Of a DNA stretch of 61,132 nt, positions 18,191 to 27,909 are shown in pieces. The notes beneath the pieces are model-generated. The model was not told the DNA's origin and made no database searches. It worked only from the letters and a program-made list of their open reading frames with translations. Position numbers and translations under genes: made by a program. The stretch lies in contig JASFYY010000029.1 in assembly GCA_045046875.1 (NCBI GenBank), positions 1 through 61,132 on the forward strand, written 5' to 3'. The first letter of the stretch is position 1. Each line of letters begins with the position of its first letter. Source of the DNA: Verrucomicrobiota bacterium. Lineage in GTDB: Bacteria; Verrucomicrobiota; Verrucomicrobiia; Verrucomicrobiales; DEV007.

Positions 18191-18967
18191 ATGAGTCAGG
18201 TATTATCGATCAGTAATTTGAAGGCCGATGTGGCAGGGCAGGAAATTCTCAAGGGATTGACACTTGAGGTTCCGCAAGGGGAGGTGCATGCGATCATGGG
18301 GCCGAATGGTTCGGGCAAGAGCACTTTGGCCAAAGTGTTGGCAGGTCACGGGGACTACGAAGTGACTGGCGGTGAGGTCAGCATGAATGGCGAGGATTTG
18401 CTGGGCATGGAGATCGACGAGCGTTCACGTGCGGGTTTTTTCCTCGCTTTTCAGTATCCACTCGAAATTCCAGGAGTGAGCATCGCCAACTTTATCCGCG
18501 CGGCACGTCAGGCGCGTTTGGGCAAGGGGGATGAATTGGATGCGGTGGCTTTTTACAAAGAGATGTATGGCAAAATGGACGAGCTCAAGATCGATCGTTC
18601 GTTCACGGGTCGTTCGGTCAACGAGGGGTTTTCGGGTGGAGAAAAGAAGCGTCTGGAGATTCTGCAGATGATGATGTTGGAGCCAACATACGCGGTGCTT
18701 GATGAGACGGACAGTGGTTTGGATATCGATGCTTTGAAAATCGTTGCCGACGGAGTTAATGCGATGCGCTCGCCTGAGCGCGGATTTTTGGTGATCACTC
18801 ATTATCAGCGTCTGTTGGACTACATTGTGCCGGACGTGGTGCATGTGTTGTACCAGGGGGAGATCATCAAAACCGGCGACAAGGAGTTGGCGTTGGAGTT
18901 GGAGGAAAAAGGTTACGACTGGGTGATCAAGGAGTTTGAGGATCAACAAGTCGCTGTTGGTGTATAG
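18191..18967 (+). CDS. sufC: Fe-S cluster assembly ATPase SufC
   Basis: [46 protein letters not shown]. Confidence 0.97.
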   Translation: MSQVLSISNLKADVAGQEILKGLTLEVPQGEVHAIMGPNGSGKSTLAKVLAGHGDYEVTGGEVSMNGEDLLGMEIDERSRAGFFLAFQYPLEIPGVSIANFIRAARQARLGKGDELDAVAFYKEMYGKMDELKIDRSFTGRSVNEGFSGGEKKRLEILQMMMLEPTYAVLDETDSGLDIDALKIVADGVNAMRSPERGFLVITHYQRLLDYIVPDVVHVLYQGEIIKTGDKELALELEEKGYDWVIKEFEDQQVAVGV

Positions 18968-19017
18968 AGTTTCATTGGGTTTAAGCGTTTAGCTTTGGTT
19001 TTTAAAAAGGCAATATT

Positions 19018-20436
19018 ATGAGTCAGGACACAGCAACCGCCGCAGCGGTTAATATTGATCAGGATGCAGGGGACTTCAGCTTTCCCGAAGACTACGCCTA
19101 TGATGCGGGTACCGGACTTTCCGAGAAGACCGTTGAGTATATTTCGGGAGTTAAAAACGAAGAGAAATGGATATTGGATTTCCGTAAAAAAGCGCTCAAG
19201 ATCTTCGAGGGCAAACCTTTACCGACGCATTGGGCAAGCAAGGATCTGGAGAATATCATTTTTAACGACATCCGTTATTATCTGGCCAAAGGGCAGCAGC
19301 CAAGCCGTTCCTGGGACGAGGTGCCTGACGATGTGAAGGAGACTTTTGAGCGTTTGGGTATTCCTGAGAAGGAGCGCAAATTTCTCGCTGGCGTGGAGGC
19401 TCAGTTCGACAGCGAAGCGGCTTATTCCAACGTGAAGGTGGAGCTGGAGAAAGAGGGCGTGATTTTTGTTAACTCCACTGAGGGGCTGAGGGAGCATCCT
19501 GAGATTTTCCGCAAGTGGTTTGGCAAGGTGATCCCGACGGGGGACAATAAATATTCGGCTTTGAACAGCGCGGTGTTTTCTGGTGGTAGTTTTATTTATG
19601 TGCCTCCCGGGGTGAAGGTGAAACACCCGTTGCAGGCTTATTTTCGCATCAATGCGGAGAATTTCGGTCAATTCGAACGCACTCTGATCATCGTTGATGA
19701 GGGCGCGGAGGTGACTTATATGGAGGGCTGCACGGCGCCGAAATTTGAAACCGCCACTTTGCACAGCGCGGTGGTGGAGTTGGTGGCGATGCCGCATGCC
19801 AAGATTCAATACATCACGGTGCAGAATTGGAGCGCGAATGTGTTTAATTTGGTGACCAAACGTGCGGTGGCTTATGAAAATGCCGAGGTGCGCTGGATCG
19901 ATTGCAATATCGGCTCACGTCTGACGATGAAATACCCTGGGGTGGTGATGAAGGGGCGCAAGGCTCGTGGCGAGGTGATTTCGATCGCTCTGGCCAATGA
20001 CGGTCAGCATCAGGACACCGGCGCGAAGATGGTTCACGCTGCGGATGAGACGACTTCCAATGTGATCTCGAAATCGATTTCGGTCGGCACCGGACGATCC
20101 ACTTATCGTGGCATGGTTCATATTCCGAAACATCTGAAAGGCTGCCGCAATAATACCGAGTGTGATGCTTTGCTGATCAACTCGAACAGCCGCACCGATA
20201 CCTACCCGGCGATCACGGTGAAGGGTAATCAGCACGTGACCCAGCATGAGGCGAGTGTCAGTCAGGTGAGTGAGGAGCAGATTTTTTACATGAAACAACG
20301 AGGGCTGAATGAAGCCGAGGCGATGAGCCTGAGCGTGAACGGTTTTGTCAACGATCTGGTGCGTGAGTTTCCGATGGAATACAGCGTCGAGCTGAAGCGC
20401 TTGATTGATCTGGAAATGGAAAACAGTGTTGGCTGA
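19018..20436 (+). CDS. sufB: Fe-S cluster assembly protein SufB
   Basis: [47 protein letters not shown]. Confidence 0.97.
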   Translation: MSQDTATAAAVNIDQDAGDFSFPEDYAYDAGTGLSEKTVEYISGVKNEEKWILDFRKKALKIFEGKPLPTHWASKDLENIIFNDIRYYLAKGQQPSRSWDEVPDDVKETFERLGIPEKERKFLAGVEAQFDSEAAYSNVKVELEKEGVIFVNSTEGLREHPEIFRKWFGKVIPTGDNKYSALNSAVFSGGSFIYVPPGVKVKHPLQAYFRINAENFGQFERTLIIVDEGAEVTYMEGCTAPKFETATLHSAVVELVAMPHAKIQYITVQNWSANVFNLVTKRAVAYENAEVRWIDCNIGSRLTMKYPGVVMKGRKARGEVISIALANDGQHQDTGAKMVHAADETTSNVISKSISVGTGRSTYRGMVHIPKHLKGCRNNTECDALLINSNSRTDTYPAITVKGNQHVTQHEASVSQVSEEQIFYMKQRGLNEAEAMSLSVNGFVNDLVREFPMEYSVELKRLIDLEMENSVG

Positions 20437-20489
20437 TTGGTGTTGGCGACAAATTTTAGAATTTTTGATTGAGTAAGGACTAGGATATC

Positions 20490-21845
20490 ATGGCAGAAGC
20501 GATAGCTGAGTTGGAAAAAATAGTGAGTGACGAGTTAGGGAAAAGCTCGATCACTTGGGCGGACGCACCTTTGAGGGCAGGAGCCGATTCGGCGGATTTG
20601 CCGGATTGGTATCGTGAGCTTCAGGATGAGGCGTGGAAAACTTTCATGAGTTTGGCGGATCCCGGGCGGCGGGACGAAGCATGGCGTTTTGCTAATTTGA
20701 AGCTGACTAAATTCAGTGGCCTGCAACTGGCGACAGCGGTGGATGCCACGCAAGCGCAGACTTTGGTCGAGCGATCCGTGGCGGGAACAAAAAGCAGCGC
20801 GCGCCTGGTTTTTGCTAATAATGTATTATTGACTCAAGACGGCGAGGATTTGCCGGAGGGTGTGATTTGTTTGCCGATGAATGAGGCGTTGCTGCATCAC
20901 GGGGATAAAGTGCGTGAATCTTTCTTGCAGGAAGATGCTCAGTTGGGTGGGGCGAAATTTGCCGCCCTGCACGCAGCGGGTACTTTGAGTGGAGTTTTTG
21001 TCTATGTGCCGGACGGAGTGAAGGTGGGTGGCCCGGTGGAGGTGTTTCATTGGATGGGGGGCAAAGAGCGAGTGATCCTGCCGCATACCTTGATCGTAAG
21101 CGCAGAGGGCGCGGAGATTTCTGTGATCGATCATTATCAGTCGATCGATGAAGACGCTGCGGCTTTGTCTATCGGTATGACGGACATCGTGGCAGGTAAA
21201 AATTCCAAGGTGAACTATGTGGCTCTGCAACGTCTGAGTGTTAGTGATCGTCAGGTGCAAATTGGTAGCAGCCAAGTGGGGGAGGGTGCGGCGGTGAAAA
21301 CCGCACTGGTGAATCTGGGTGCGGCTTGGGTGCGCAATGAGAATATCAGCCGGATGATGGCGGCGGGATCCCGCAGTGATATGCTGGCTTTGAATCTGGC
21401 CACATCAAGCGACGAGATCGATCAGCGTACCTTGCAGTTGCATGAAGTCGAGCACACCGAGAGCGATTTGTTTTACAAAAATGCTTTGTATGGTCAGGCA
21501 CGTACGATTTTTGACGGCTTGATCGTAGTAGGTAAAGGCGCGCATCACACCGATGCCTTCCAGACTTGTCGCAACCTGCTTAACAGTGATGACGCCGAAG
21601 CCAGTTCGATGCCCGGTCTGCAGATCGACGCTGACCAGGTGCGTTGTAGTCATGGCTCGACCGCCGGGCCAATTGATCCCGAACAGTTGTTCTATTGCTC
21701 GGCCAGAGGTATCCCGGCGCAGGCAGCACGTAAGCTGATCAGTTTCGGTTTTCTCCACGACGTGATCGACCGTCTGGAGGGGGACGATATCAAGGAAGTG
21801 GTCAATCGCGAACTAGAGAAGGCTTTTGCCTCGATGGTGGAGTAG
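20490..21845 (+). CDS. sufD: Fe-S cluster assembly protein SufD
   Basis: DEAWRF, beta-helix region, PGLQIDADQVRCSHG, FYCSARGI. Confidence 0.93.
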   Translation: MAEAIAELEKIVSDELGKSSITWADAPLRAGADSADLPDWYRELQDEAWKTFMSLADPGRRDEAWRFANLKLTKFSGLQLATAVDATQAQTLVERSVAGTKSSARLVFANNVLLTQDGEDLPEGVICLPMNEALLHHGDKVRESFLQEDAQLGGAKFAALHAAGTLSGVFVYVPDGVKVGGPVEVFHWMGGKERVILPHTLIVSAEGAEISVIDHYQSIDEDAAALSIGMTDIVAGKNSKVNYVALQRLSVSDRQVQIGSSQVGEGAAVKTALVNLGAAWVRNENISRMMAAGSRSDMLALNLATSSDEIDQRTLQLHEVEHTESDLFYKNALYGQARTIFDGLIVVGKGAHHTDAFQTCRNLLNSDDAEASSMPGLQIDADQVRCSHGSTAGPIDPEQLFYCSARGIPAQAARKLISFGFLHDVIDRLEGDDIKEVVNRELEKAFASMVE

Positions 21846-21999
21846 GGAAGAGAAGAGTGGGGTCGGGGTTCATTTGCAAGGGCTGGAGTTTTCAAGCTTG
21901 CCTCTTGTGAGCTGTTTGCCTAACATTCAGATCTTGTGAGAAGTTTGTTTTCCAAATGGACGTGGTTCTGGCTGTGGCTGTTGGTGACGGCGCTTAGCT

Positions 22000-23190
22000 T
22001 TGAATCGGCGTATGCCCTTAGACAGTGGAAGATCGACGGAAAAACCAGAGGGGCGAATTTATGCTTACGATGCAGCTCCCCTCGTAGAGCCTGGTCAAGT
22101 AACTTTTGAAGAAAGGGTCGCTCAGAATGTGTTTACGATGCAGCGGCAAGGTTTTCCACAGACTGCGTGCTGCGCCAGGCAAACAAGGGATTCCAGCGTT
22201 GGATTTGATGCAATCCAATTAGGCGAGAACGCGAAATACGAAGGTTCCTACCGCTATGGCTCTGGCCGTAACGTTCCTCATGACCTCGTGTCGCAGGATC
22301 GAGAGGATGGCGCGGGGGGCTTTGAAATGAGCTTCTACTCCTACGATGGTCTAGGCTCAGTCCGAGGACTCACCGATGCCATAGGAACAAGCTTAGGCAA
22401 TTACCACTACGATGCTTACGGCTTGCTCATTGAGAATACTGTAAGTGTTGCTAACCCTTATCTATTCGCTGGGGAGAGGTTTGATAATGATTTGGGACTT
22501 TATTATCTGAGGGCAAGGTATTTGGATGTGGAGACGGGGAGATTTCATACGTTGGACACTTGGGAAGGGAGTCAGAGGAACGCGATAACGTTGCATAAGT
22601 ATCTTTATGCGAATGCCAATCCTGTAAGTTTTATTGATCCGAGTGGAAACGGTGTTGGGGTAGGCACTCTAGGAGAGGCTACGTTGTCTGTAAGTCTGAT
22701 AGGAGATTTGGCTGTAACAGGTTTGGCATTAGGGGCTACATACGATGCGTTTAAATGGCTTCTGAGAAAAAAGGAATGGGTTATTCACTTTGGAATTTAT
22801 TGGAATCTAAAAAAATCTTTCCATGCTTTTCTCTTTGCTAAACGATTTAGGAACACGTCTGGCTATCGATACGATGTGGCTCCGAACAGAGATAGAGATG
22901 CGGTTGCCGCTGTTCGGAGACCCTTGAGCAGTGTTCCGGGATTTGTGTTAGGGCGAGATTTGGTTGATTATTCTGATCTTGAGGGATTTGCAATTCCTGT
23001 AGCATTATTGTCAGAAAAACAATTCCGGCTTTGGAATAATATTTTACTTGCTCTTCCGATTGATTGTGAAGACCATGATGTTGATTTTAGGGAGATTTCT
23101 TATCGATTATTTCCAGGTCCAAATTGCACGACTTGGACTGGATATGGTATAATCTTGGCTGAGGTTCTACAATTTATCCCATTAGGATAA
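22000..23190 (+). CDS. Orphan/truncated Rhs core with C-terminal polymorphic toxin domain (start uncertain)
   Basis: YSYDGLGSVRGLTD, YHYDAYG, FAGERFD..GLYYLRARY....GRF, YLYANANPVSFIDPSG. No YD-repeat body upstream. Confidence 0.88.
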   Translation: MNRRMPLDSGRSTEKPEGRIYAYDAAPLVEPGQVTFEERVAQNVFTMQRQGFPQTACCARQTRDSSVGFDAIQLGENAKYEGSYRYGSGRNVPHDLVSQDREDGAGGFEMSFYSYDGLGSVRGLTDAIGTSLGNYHYDAYGLLIENTVSVANPYLFAGERFDNDLGLYYLRARYLDVETGRFHTLDTWEGSQRNAITLHKYLYANANPVSFIDPSGNGVGVGTLGEATLSVSLIGDLAVTGLALGATYDAFKWLLRKKEWVIHFGIYWNLKKSFHAFLFAKRFRNTSGYRYDVAPNRDRDAVAAVRRPLSSVPGFVLGRDLVDYSDLEGFAIPVALLSEKQFRLWNNILLALPIDCEDHDVDFREISYRLFPGPNCTTWTGYGIILAEVLQFIPLG

Positions 23191-23195
23191 AGGTT

Positions 23196-23924
23196 ATGAG
23201 AGAAAGGCGGTTGTTGGAAAATATAAAATATTTTGGGCTTATTCAGCCTGAAATAATAGCGGATTGGGTAGAGCAATTTGCGCACCAATGGGGTGAGGCA
23301 TCGTGTTATAGTAAAAATTCTGGAAAGCTTATCAAATTTAGCAGGTTAGAAGAATTTACTAGATGTGTTTTAAATCAGCAATCTGGCGAAATATTGATAT
23401 GTATTGATATGGGTGATAGTAAAGTTGAGTGGCTTTTTACTTTCCGGAAAAGATTACTGTTGGAAATCGAATTTGGGAGAAAGAATAGGAGGTTAACTTC
23501 TCAGGTGGAGGAAAAGGCGGACAAGTTGTTGAATGACTTACTTGAGTGGGGGGAGTTTGATTTGGCAGTGGGTCCAAATGCTGGAGACTGGAAAAAATTA
23601 CAACTTGAAGGGAATTTGGTAGGATTATATTTTTGGGAAAAGTTATACAATGAGTGTGACTTTAAAAAAGACGAGGAAGGCTTTGCATCTAATGATTTCC
23701 AGAAGATAGGTAATATTTTATTAGATTTGGTCAAAAACATTCGAAAAAACCTATTGGAAGAGGGTATCGCTCAAGCCCGTCTCAGTATGGATGCCTCTTC
23801 GTTAAAAGACTGGGTTAGGGGTATTGACGATTTGATGGTAGAGGAAATAAATAAACACTCAAATAATGAATTGTATAACGATCCTGAATTCGAGGCATTC
23901 CTAAAAGTGTGGCTAACTTTGTGA
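23196..23924 (+). CDS. Putative cognate immunity protein
   Basis: Starts 5 nt after the Rhs-CT stop, AT-rich, no recognisable family. Confidence 0.65.
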   Translation: MRERRLLENIKYFGLIQPEIIADWVEQFAHQWGEASCYSKNSGKLIKFSRLEEFTRCVLNQQSGEILICIDMGDSKVEWLFTFRKRLLLEIEFGRKNRRLTSQVEEKADKLLNDLLEWGEFDLAVGPNAGDWKKLQLEGNLVGLYFWEKLYNECDFKKDEEGFASNDFQKIGNILLDLVKNIRKNLLEEGIAQARLSMDASSLKDWVRGIDDLMVEEINKHSNNELYNDPEFEAFLKVWLTL

Positions 23925-24044
23925 GAAACGGCGTTTTTGAAGATCTACATTATCCTAGTAATTGTCATCGTAGTAACCTATAAAAAATACGACTTTGAAA
24001 GCGGTTGTATTACAGGATAAATGATCAATTTGCCCATTTAAAAA

Positions 24045-24470
24045 ATGAAACTTGCCTATTCAGTCGAAATGCAAGACTTGGTTGCTTTTAATCAGTTTCA
24101 CATGGTGAATTCAGGCGTTCTTAAATCAGCGCAACGAAAAATTGTCATCAGTGTATGGGTGATTCTTGGTTTTGTAGGATTGCTACAGTATTTAGAGAAA
24201 CATTCACTAGAACCCGTAGTGATATGCGCGGTTATCGCTGTCGTATTCTCGTTGTGGTATCCGAGGGTGAGTCGAGTTTCACCTAAGTTTATCCAGAAGT
24301 TTTACAGTGCTGATAAAAATAGAGGTGTCATCTGTAAGCATGAACTAGAATTGACCAACTAGGGAGTAATCAATCTAACCCCCGTGGGGGAAGAAAAGAC
24401 AACGTTTTTAGGAATTGAAAAAATTGCTCAGATTGAATCGTATAGAAGTTTTAAGGGGAGGATCCCCTAG
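24045..24470 (+). pseudogene. YcxB-like membrane protein pseudogene
   Basis: Two TM helices, then HELELTN, an in-frame TAG (24360-24362) and continued GVINLTPVGEEKTTFLGIEKIAQIESY. Homology-like sequence ends at the 22-bp repeat. Confidence 0.65.
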
Positions 24471-24493
24471 TTTTAAGGGGAGGATCCCCTAGT
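24447..24493. repeat. Perfect tandem 22-bp repeat, each copy a REP-like hairpin
   Basis: AGTTTTAAGGGGAGGATCCCCT x2 (+AGT); each unit folds AGGGGA-GGA-TCCCCT. Confidence 0.9.
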
Positions 24494-24561
24494 AAAATAA
24501 ATATTGTGCTGGCGAGAAAAGCTGATAGGATGGGAGTGAACCAACAGAAAGGATATCAACT

Positions 24562-25608
24562 ATGAGGAAAATACGGGAGTTTTTATTGGGGCCGGAGGGG
24601 CAGACGAATTATTATCATGTGGTGAGCCGGACGGCGGGACGGGATATCTTGTTCGGTGACGATGAGAAGGAAGTTTTTCGGATTTTGATGCTCAAACAGT
24701 TGAAGTTCTCAGGGCTGCGGGCATTGGCGTGGTGTTTTATGGGGAATCATTTTCATTTGTTGCTGGAGGTGCCAGATAAGGAGATGGCTTTGGCGAGGTG
24801 GTCGCGGGAGGATTATTTGCAAAAGCTCAGTGTTTTCAGGAGCGAGTGGACGACGAAGCAGGCGCTCGATGAGGTGGAGCGTTGTCGGGAGATGGGGGCT
24901 GAAATTCGCTTGGATGAAATCGCTGAATCGGTGAAGGGGCGGTTGTTTGATCTGTCGATGTTTATGAAAGAGTTGAAGCTGAAAATGACATTGGCTTACA
25001 ACCGGAAACACAGCCGGGTGGGAACTTTGTGGGAGGGGCCGTTTAAGAGCATGCTTTTACAGGGAGCGGGTGGGGGCGAAAGCAGTGACGCGCTGCGCAT
25101 GGTGGCGGCTTATATTGATTTGAATCCGATTCGGGCGGGATTGGCGCAGGAGCCGGAGGGTTACCGTTGGTGTTCGTATGCGGCGGCGGTGGCCGGGGTG
25201 CGTGGGGCGAGGCAGGGGTTGTGTTATGCGGTGACGGGGCGTAGTCGAGTGGCGTGGAGGAAGGTAGCGCAGGAGTATAGGTGTTTGCTGTATGCGAAGG
25301 GAGAACAGGTGAACGTAAGTGAAACCGTGGATGGTTACAACAAAGGGAAGGGTGGTTTTAGTCGGGCGGAGATCAAGGAGGTATTGGACTCGGGCGGGAG
25401 ATTGCCGGTGGCGGAGGCGTTGAGGTGCCGGGTGAGGTATTTTACCGATGGGGCGGTGCTGGGGAGCCAGAGCTATGTGGATGACTTTTTTGAGAGCAAG
25501 AGGGAGTGTTTTGGCGCGCGGCGTAAAGATGGGGGAAGGCGAATGCGGGGAGCACAATGGGGGGATTTACGGGTGCTGCGGGATTTGAAGGAGAATGTGA
25601 TTCAATAA
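24562..25608 (+). mobile_element. Y1/HUH tyrosine transposase (IS200-like/RAYT type)
   Basis: YYHVVSR, HUH motif MGNHFHLL, LWEGPFKS, YIDLNPIRAG, YRWCSY, C-terminal LRCRVRYFTDGAVLGS. Confidence 0.9.
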
Positions 25609-25744
25609 AAACCGCCGTGGTTAAAAGTTTTACCGTTTTATCGCGTTAAAGAGGGCGCTGGGCGGCGGCAGAAGTATGCAGGGAGAGGGGGAATATGAGT
25701 AATTGCGTTTTGACAAGTCGGTGGGGCTGGGGCGAGAGTGCGGC

Positions 25745-26668
25745 ATGGCTTTGATTATCAATCAGGAAACTATCAGTGACGAAGATCTCTACGAGGAATT
25801 CGAGGCGATTAAGACTCACTATCAGAATTTAGGCGAGGTGGTGTGTTGTGATCGTGATACGGAATTTCATGATCTGGCTACGGAGAATTTGACTCACCGC
25901 ACTTTATTGAATCAGGAATCGATCGCACGTTTTGGGGTGGTGGAGGAAGGTGAGATTGCGAGTAAGCTTGCGGAGTTGAAAGAGCAGCATGGTGGGGATG
26001 AGAAGTTTTACGAAAACACCGGGTTGGAGCAAGGCGATGATGCGGTGATCGAGAAGAAGGTGGCGATGTCGATCAGTGTGGATCGTTTGGTGGATGCCGA
26101 AATCGGAGAGGATCCTGAGCCGGAGGAAAACGAGCTTAAGGCTTTTTATGAAAAAAACATCGCGGCTTATATGAGTCCGGAGGAGGTCAAGGCATCGCAT
26201 ATTTTTGTGGAGCCGCAGGATGAAGCGGGAGCGGTACAAGCTTTTGAGGCGTTGAAGCAGGCGCGTGGCAAGGTTTTGGATGGGGCGGATTTTGATGAAA
26301 TTGCCACGACCTTTTTGCAAAAAGAGGAGGATAAAGTGGATTTGGGGTATTTTAAGAGGGGGGATTTGTTGAACGAATTGGAGGTCATTGCTTTTTCCAT
26401 GCGGGACGGGGAGACCAGTCCGGTGATTAATACTCAATTTGGTTATCATGTGCTGCATCGCACCGGGGGCAAGCCTTCCGCGCCGATTCCGATGGAGGAA
26501 ATTCGCGATACGGTGGTTGAGCAGTTTTCAAATGACCGGCGCGAGCAAATGATGTCGGATTTGATCGAGGGTTTAAAAAACAAATCGACGATTGAGGAAG
26601 TGGCGCAGGAAGTAGAGGATACGGAGGATACGGAGGATGTGGAAACGGAGCAAGAGCCTGTTAGCTGA
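25745..26668 (+). CDS. Parvulin-type peptidyl-prolyl isomerase with SurA-like chaperone domain, no signal peptide
   Basis: EVKASHIFV, DLGYFKRG, SPVINTQFGYHVL; acidic tail. Confidence 0.88.
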   Translation: MALIINQETISDEDLYEEFEAIKTHYQNLGEVVCCDRDTEFHDLATENLTHRTLLNQESIARFGVVEEGEIASKLAELKEQHGGDEKFYENTGLEQGDDAVIEKKVAMSISVDRLVDAEIGEDPEPEENELKAFYEKNIAAYMSPEEVKASHIFVEPQDEAGAVQAFEALKQARGKVLDGADFDEIATTFLQKEEDKVDLGYFKRGDLLNELEVIAFSMRDGETSPVINTQFGYHVLHRTGGKPSAPIPMEEIRDTVVEQFSNDRREQMMSDLIEGLKNKSTIEEVAQEVEDTEDTEDVETEQEPVS

Positions 26669-26750
26669 GAGATGGCAGGATGCGATTTTTCTTGAGTAAA
26701 AAAGGTTGGGATGGGTGGACATTCCGAATATGTGTAACAATGTATAGAAC

Positions 26751-27878
26751 ATGAAAATTTTGGTAGCAGCAGATAAGTTCAAGGGGTCATTAACCGCTCG
26801 CGAAGCCTGCGAGGCGATTCGGGATGGTTTGGAGGAAACACCTGGTGGGGATACTGAAATTCGTATTTTGCCGGTGGCGGACGGTGGGGACGGCATGGCG
26901 CGTTCGATGTTGGCGAGCATGGGCGGGATTTGGAAAGGTGCGGTGGTTTCGGATGCGATGGGGCATCCGGTTTTGGGCGGTTACGCTTTGGTGGGAGATG
27001 ATCGGGACATGGCGGTGATCGAGATGGCGGAAGCATCTGGTTTGTGGCGGATGGATGAGGGGGAACTGGATCCCTGGAAAGCATCTACCTTCGGCACGGG
27101 GGAGTTGATCAAAGAGGCGGTGAAACAAGGGGTGTCAAAAATTTTGCTGGGTATCGGGGGCAGTGCGACTAATGACGCGGGCACCGGAATGGCGCAAGAA
27201 TTGGGTTATCGTTTTCTGAACGAAAAGGGGGATGAAATCGCCGAAATGCCGGAAGGCATGGCATCGGTTCATGGCATCAATCGGGATAAGGTGATCGCTT
27301 TACCAAAAATCACGGTGGCCTGTGATGTGAACAATCCCCTGTTGGGTGAGCGTGGTTGCACCCAGGTCTACGGGCCACAAAAGGGGGTGAAAGCCGAGGA
27401 TTTTGATCGATTTGAAAAGGGCTTGGAACAGGTGGCTGATGTGGTGGAGCGTGATCTTGACTGTGATTTCCGCAATGAATCGGGCGCGGGCGCGGCGGGA
27501 GGTTTAGGTTTTGGAGCCCTGGCTTTTTTGGATGCGGAATTAAAAGAGGGTTTTCAGTTGGTTGCCGAGGAGATTGGTTTGCGCAAGGCGATCGAAGAAG
27601 CTGATCTGGTGATCACGGGCGAGGGTTCTTTGGACGGTCAGAGCATGGACGGGAAAGCTCCGGTGGGAGTAGCTCGTCTTGCCAAGGAGTTAGGAAAACC
27701 GGTAGCTATTTTTGCGGGTAAAATTTGTAAAGATGCTGATTTGGACGGCTTGTTTGTTTTCAGTCGAGCGCTTGCGGACGGCGAGGTGAGTGTCGAGCAG
27801 TGCATGAGCAATGCCGCCGAAGAATTGTCTAAAGCGGCCCAGGATGCGGCAGAAGAGTTGAAGAAAATAGTGAGCTGA
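26751..27878 (+). CDS. glxK: Glycerate kinase
   Basis: DKFKGSL, PVADGGDG, GIGGSATNDAG, GAGAAGGLG, ITGEGSLDGQS. Confidence 0.95.
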   Translation: MKILVAADKFKGSLTAREACEAIRDGLEETPGGDTEIRILPVADGGDGMARSMLASMGGIWKGAVVSDAMGHPVLGGYALVGDDRDMAVIEMAEASGLWRMDEGELDPWKASTFGTGELIKEAVKQGVSKILLGIGGSATNDAGTGMAQELGYRFLNEKGDEIAEMPEGMASVHGINRDKVIALPKITVACDVNNPLLGERGCTQVYGPQKGVKAEDFDRFEKGLEQVADVVERDLDCDFRNESGAGAAGGLGFGALAFLDAELKEGFQLVAEEIGLRKAIEEADLVITGEGSLDGQSMDGKAPVGVARLAKELGKPVAIFAGKICKDADLDGLFVFSRALADGEVSVEQCMSNAAEELSKAAQDAAEELKKIVS

Positions 27879-27909
27879 TTTTTTCAATCTTGATCAAGGA
27901 CCCGAGCTT

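Noticed and set aside
22000..22240. N-terminal ~80 aa of the Rhs ORF as a real delivery domain
   Set aside because: TTG start with no recognisable PAAR, signal or YD repeats; probably open-frame remnant.
24360..24362. In-frame TAG in the ycxB-like gene as recoding or pyrrolysine read-through
   Set aside because: TAG is used as a normal stop in many genes here, there are no pyl genes, and the gene is also truncated downstream; pseudogenisation is simpler.
24447..24493. 22-bp palindromic repeat as a possible CRISPR array
   Set aside because: Two directly adjacent copies, no spacer, no cas genes.
26615..26641. 9-bp repeat GAGGATACG x2 + GAGGATGTG
   Set aside because: In-frame low-complexity acidic tail (EDTEDTEDV) of the parvulin.
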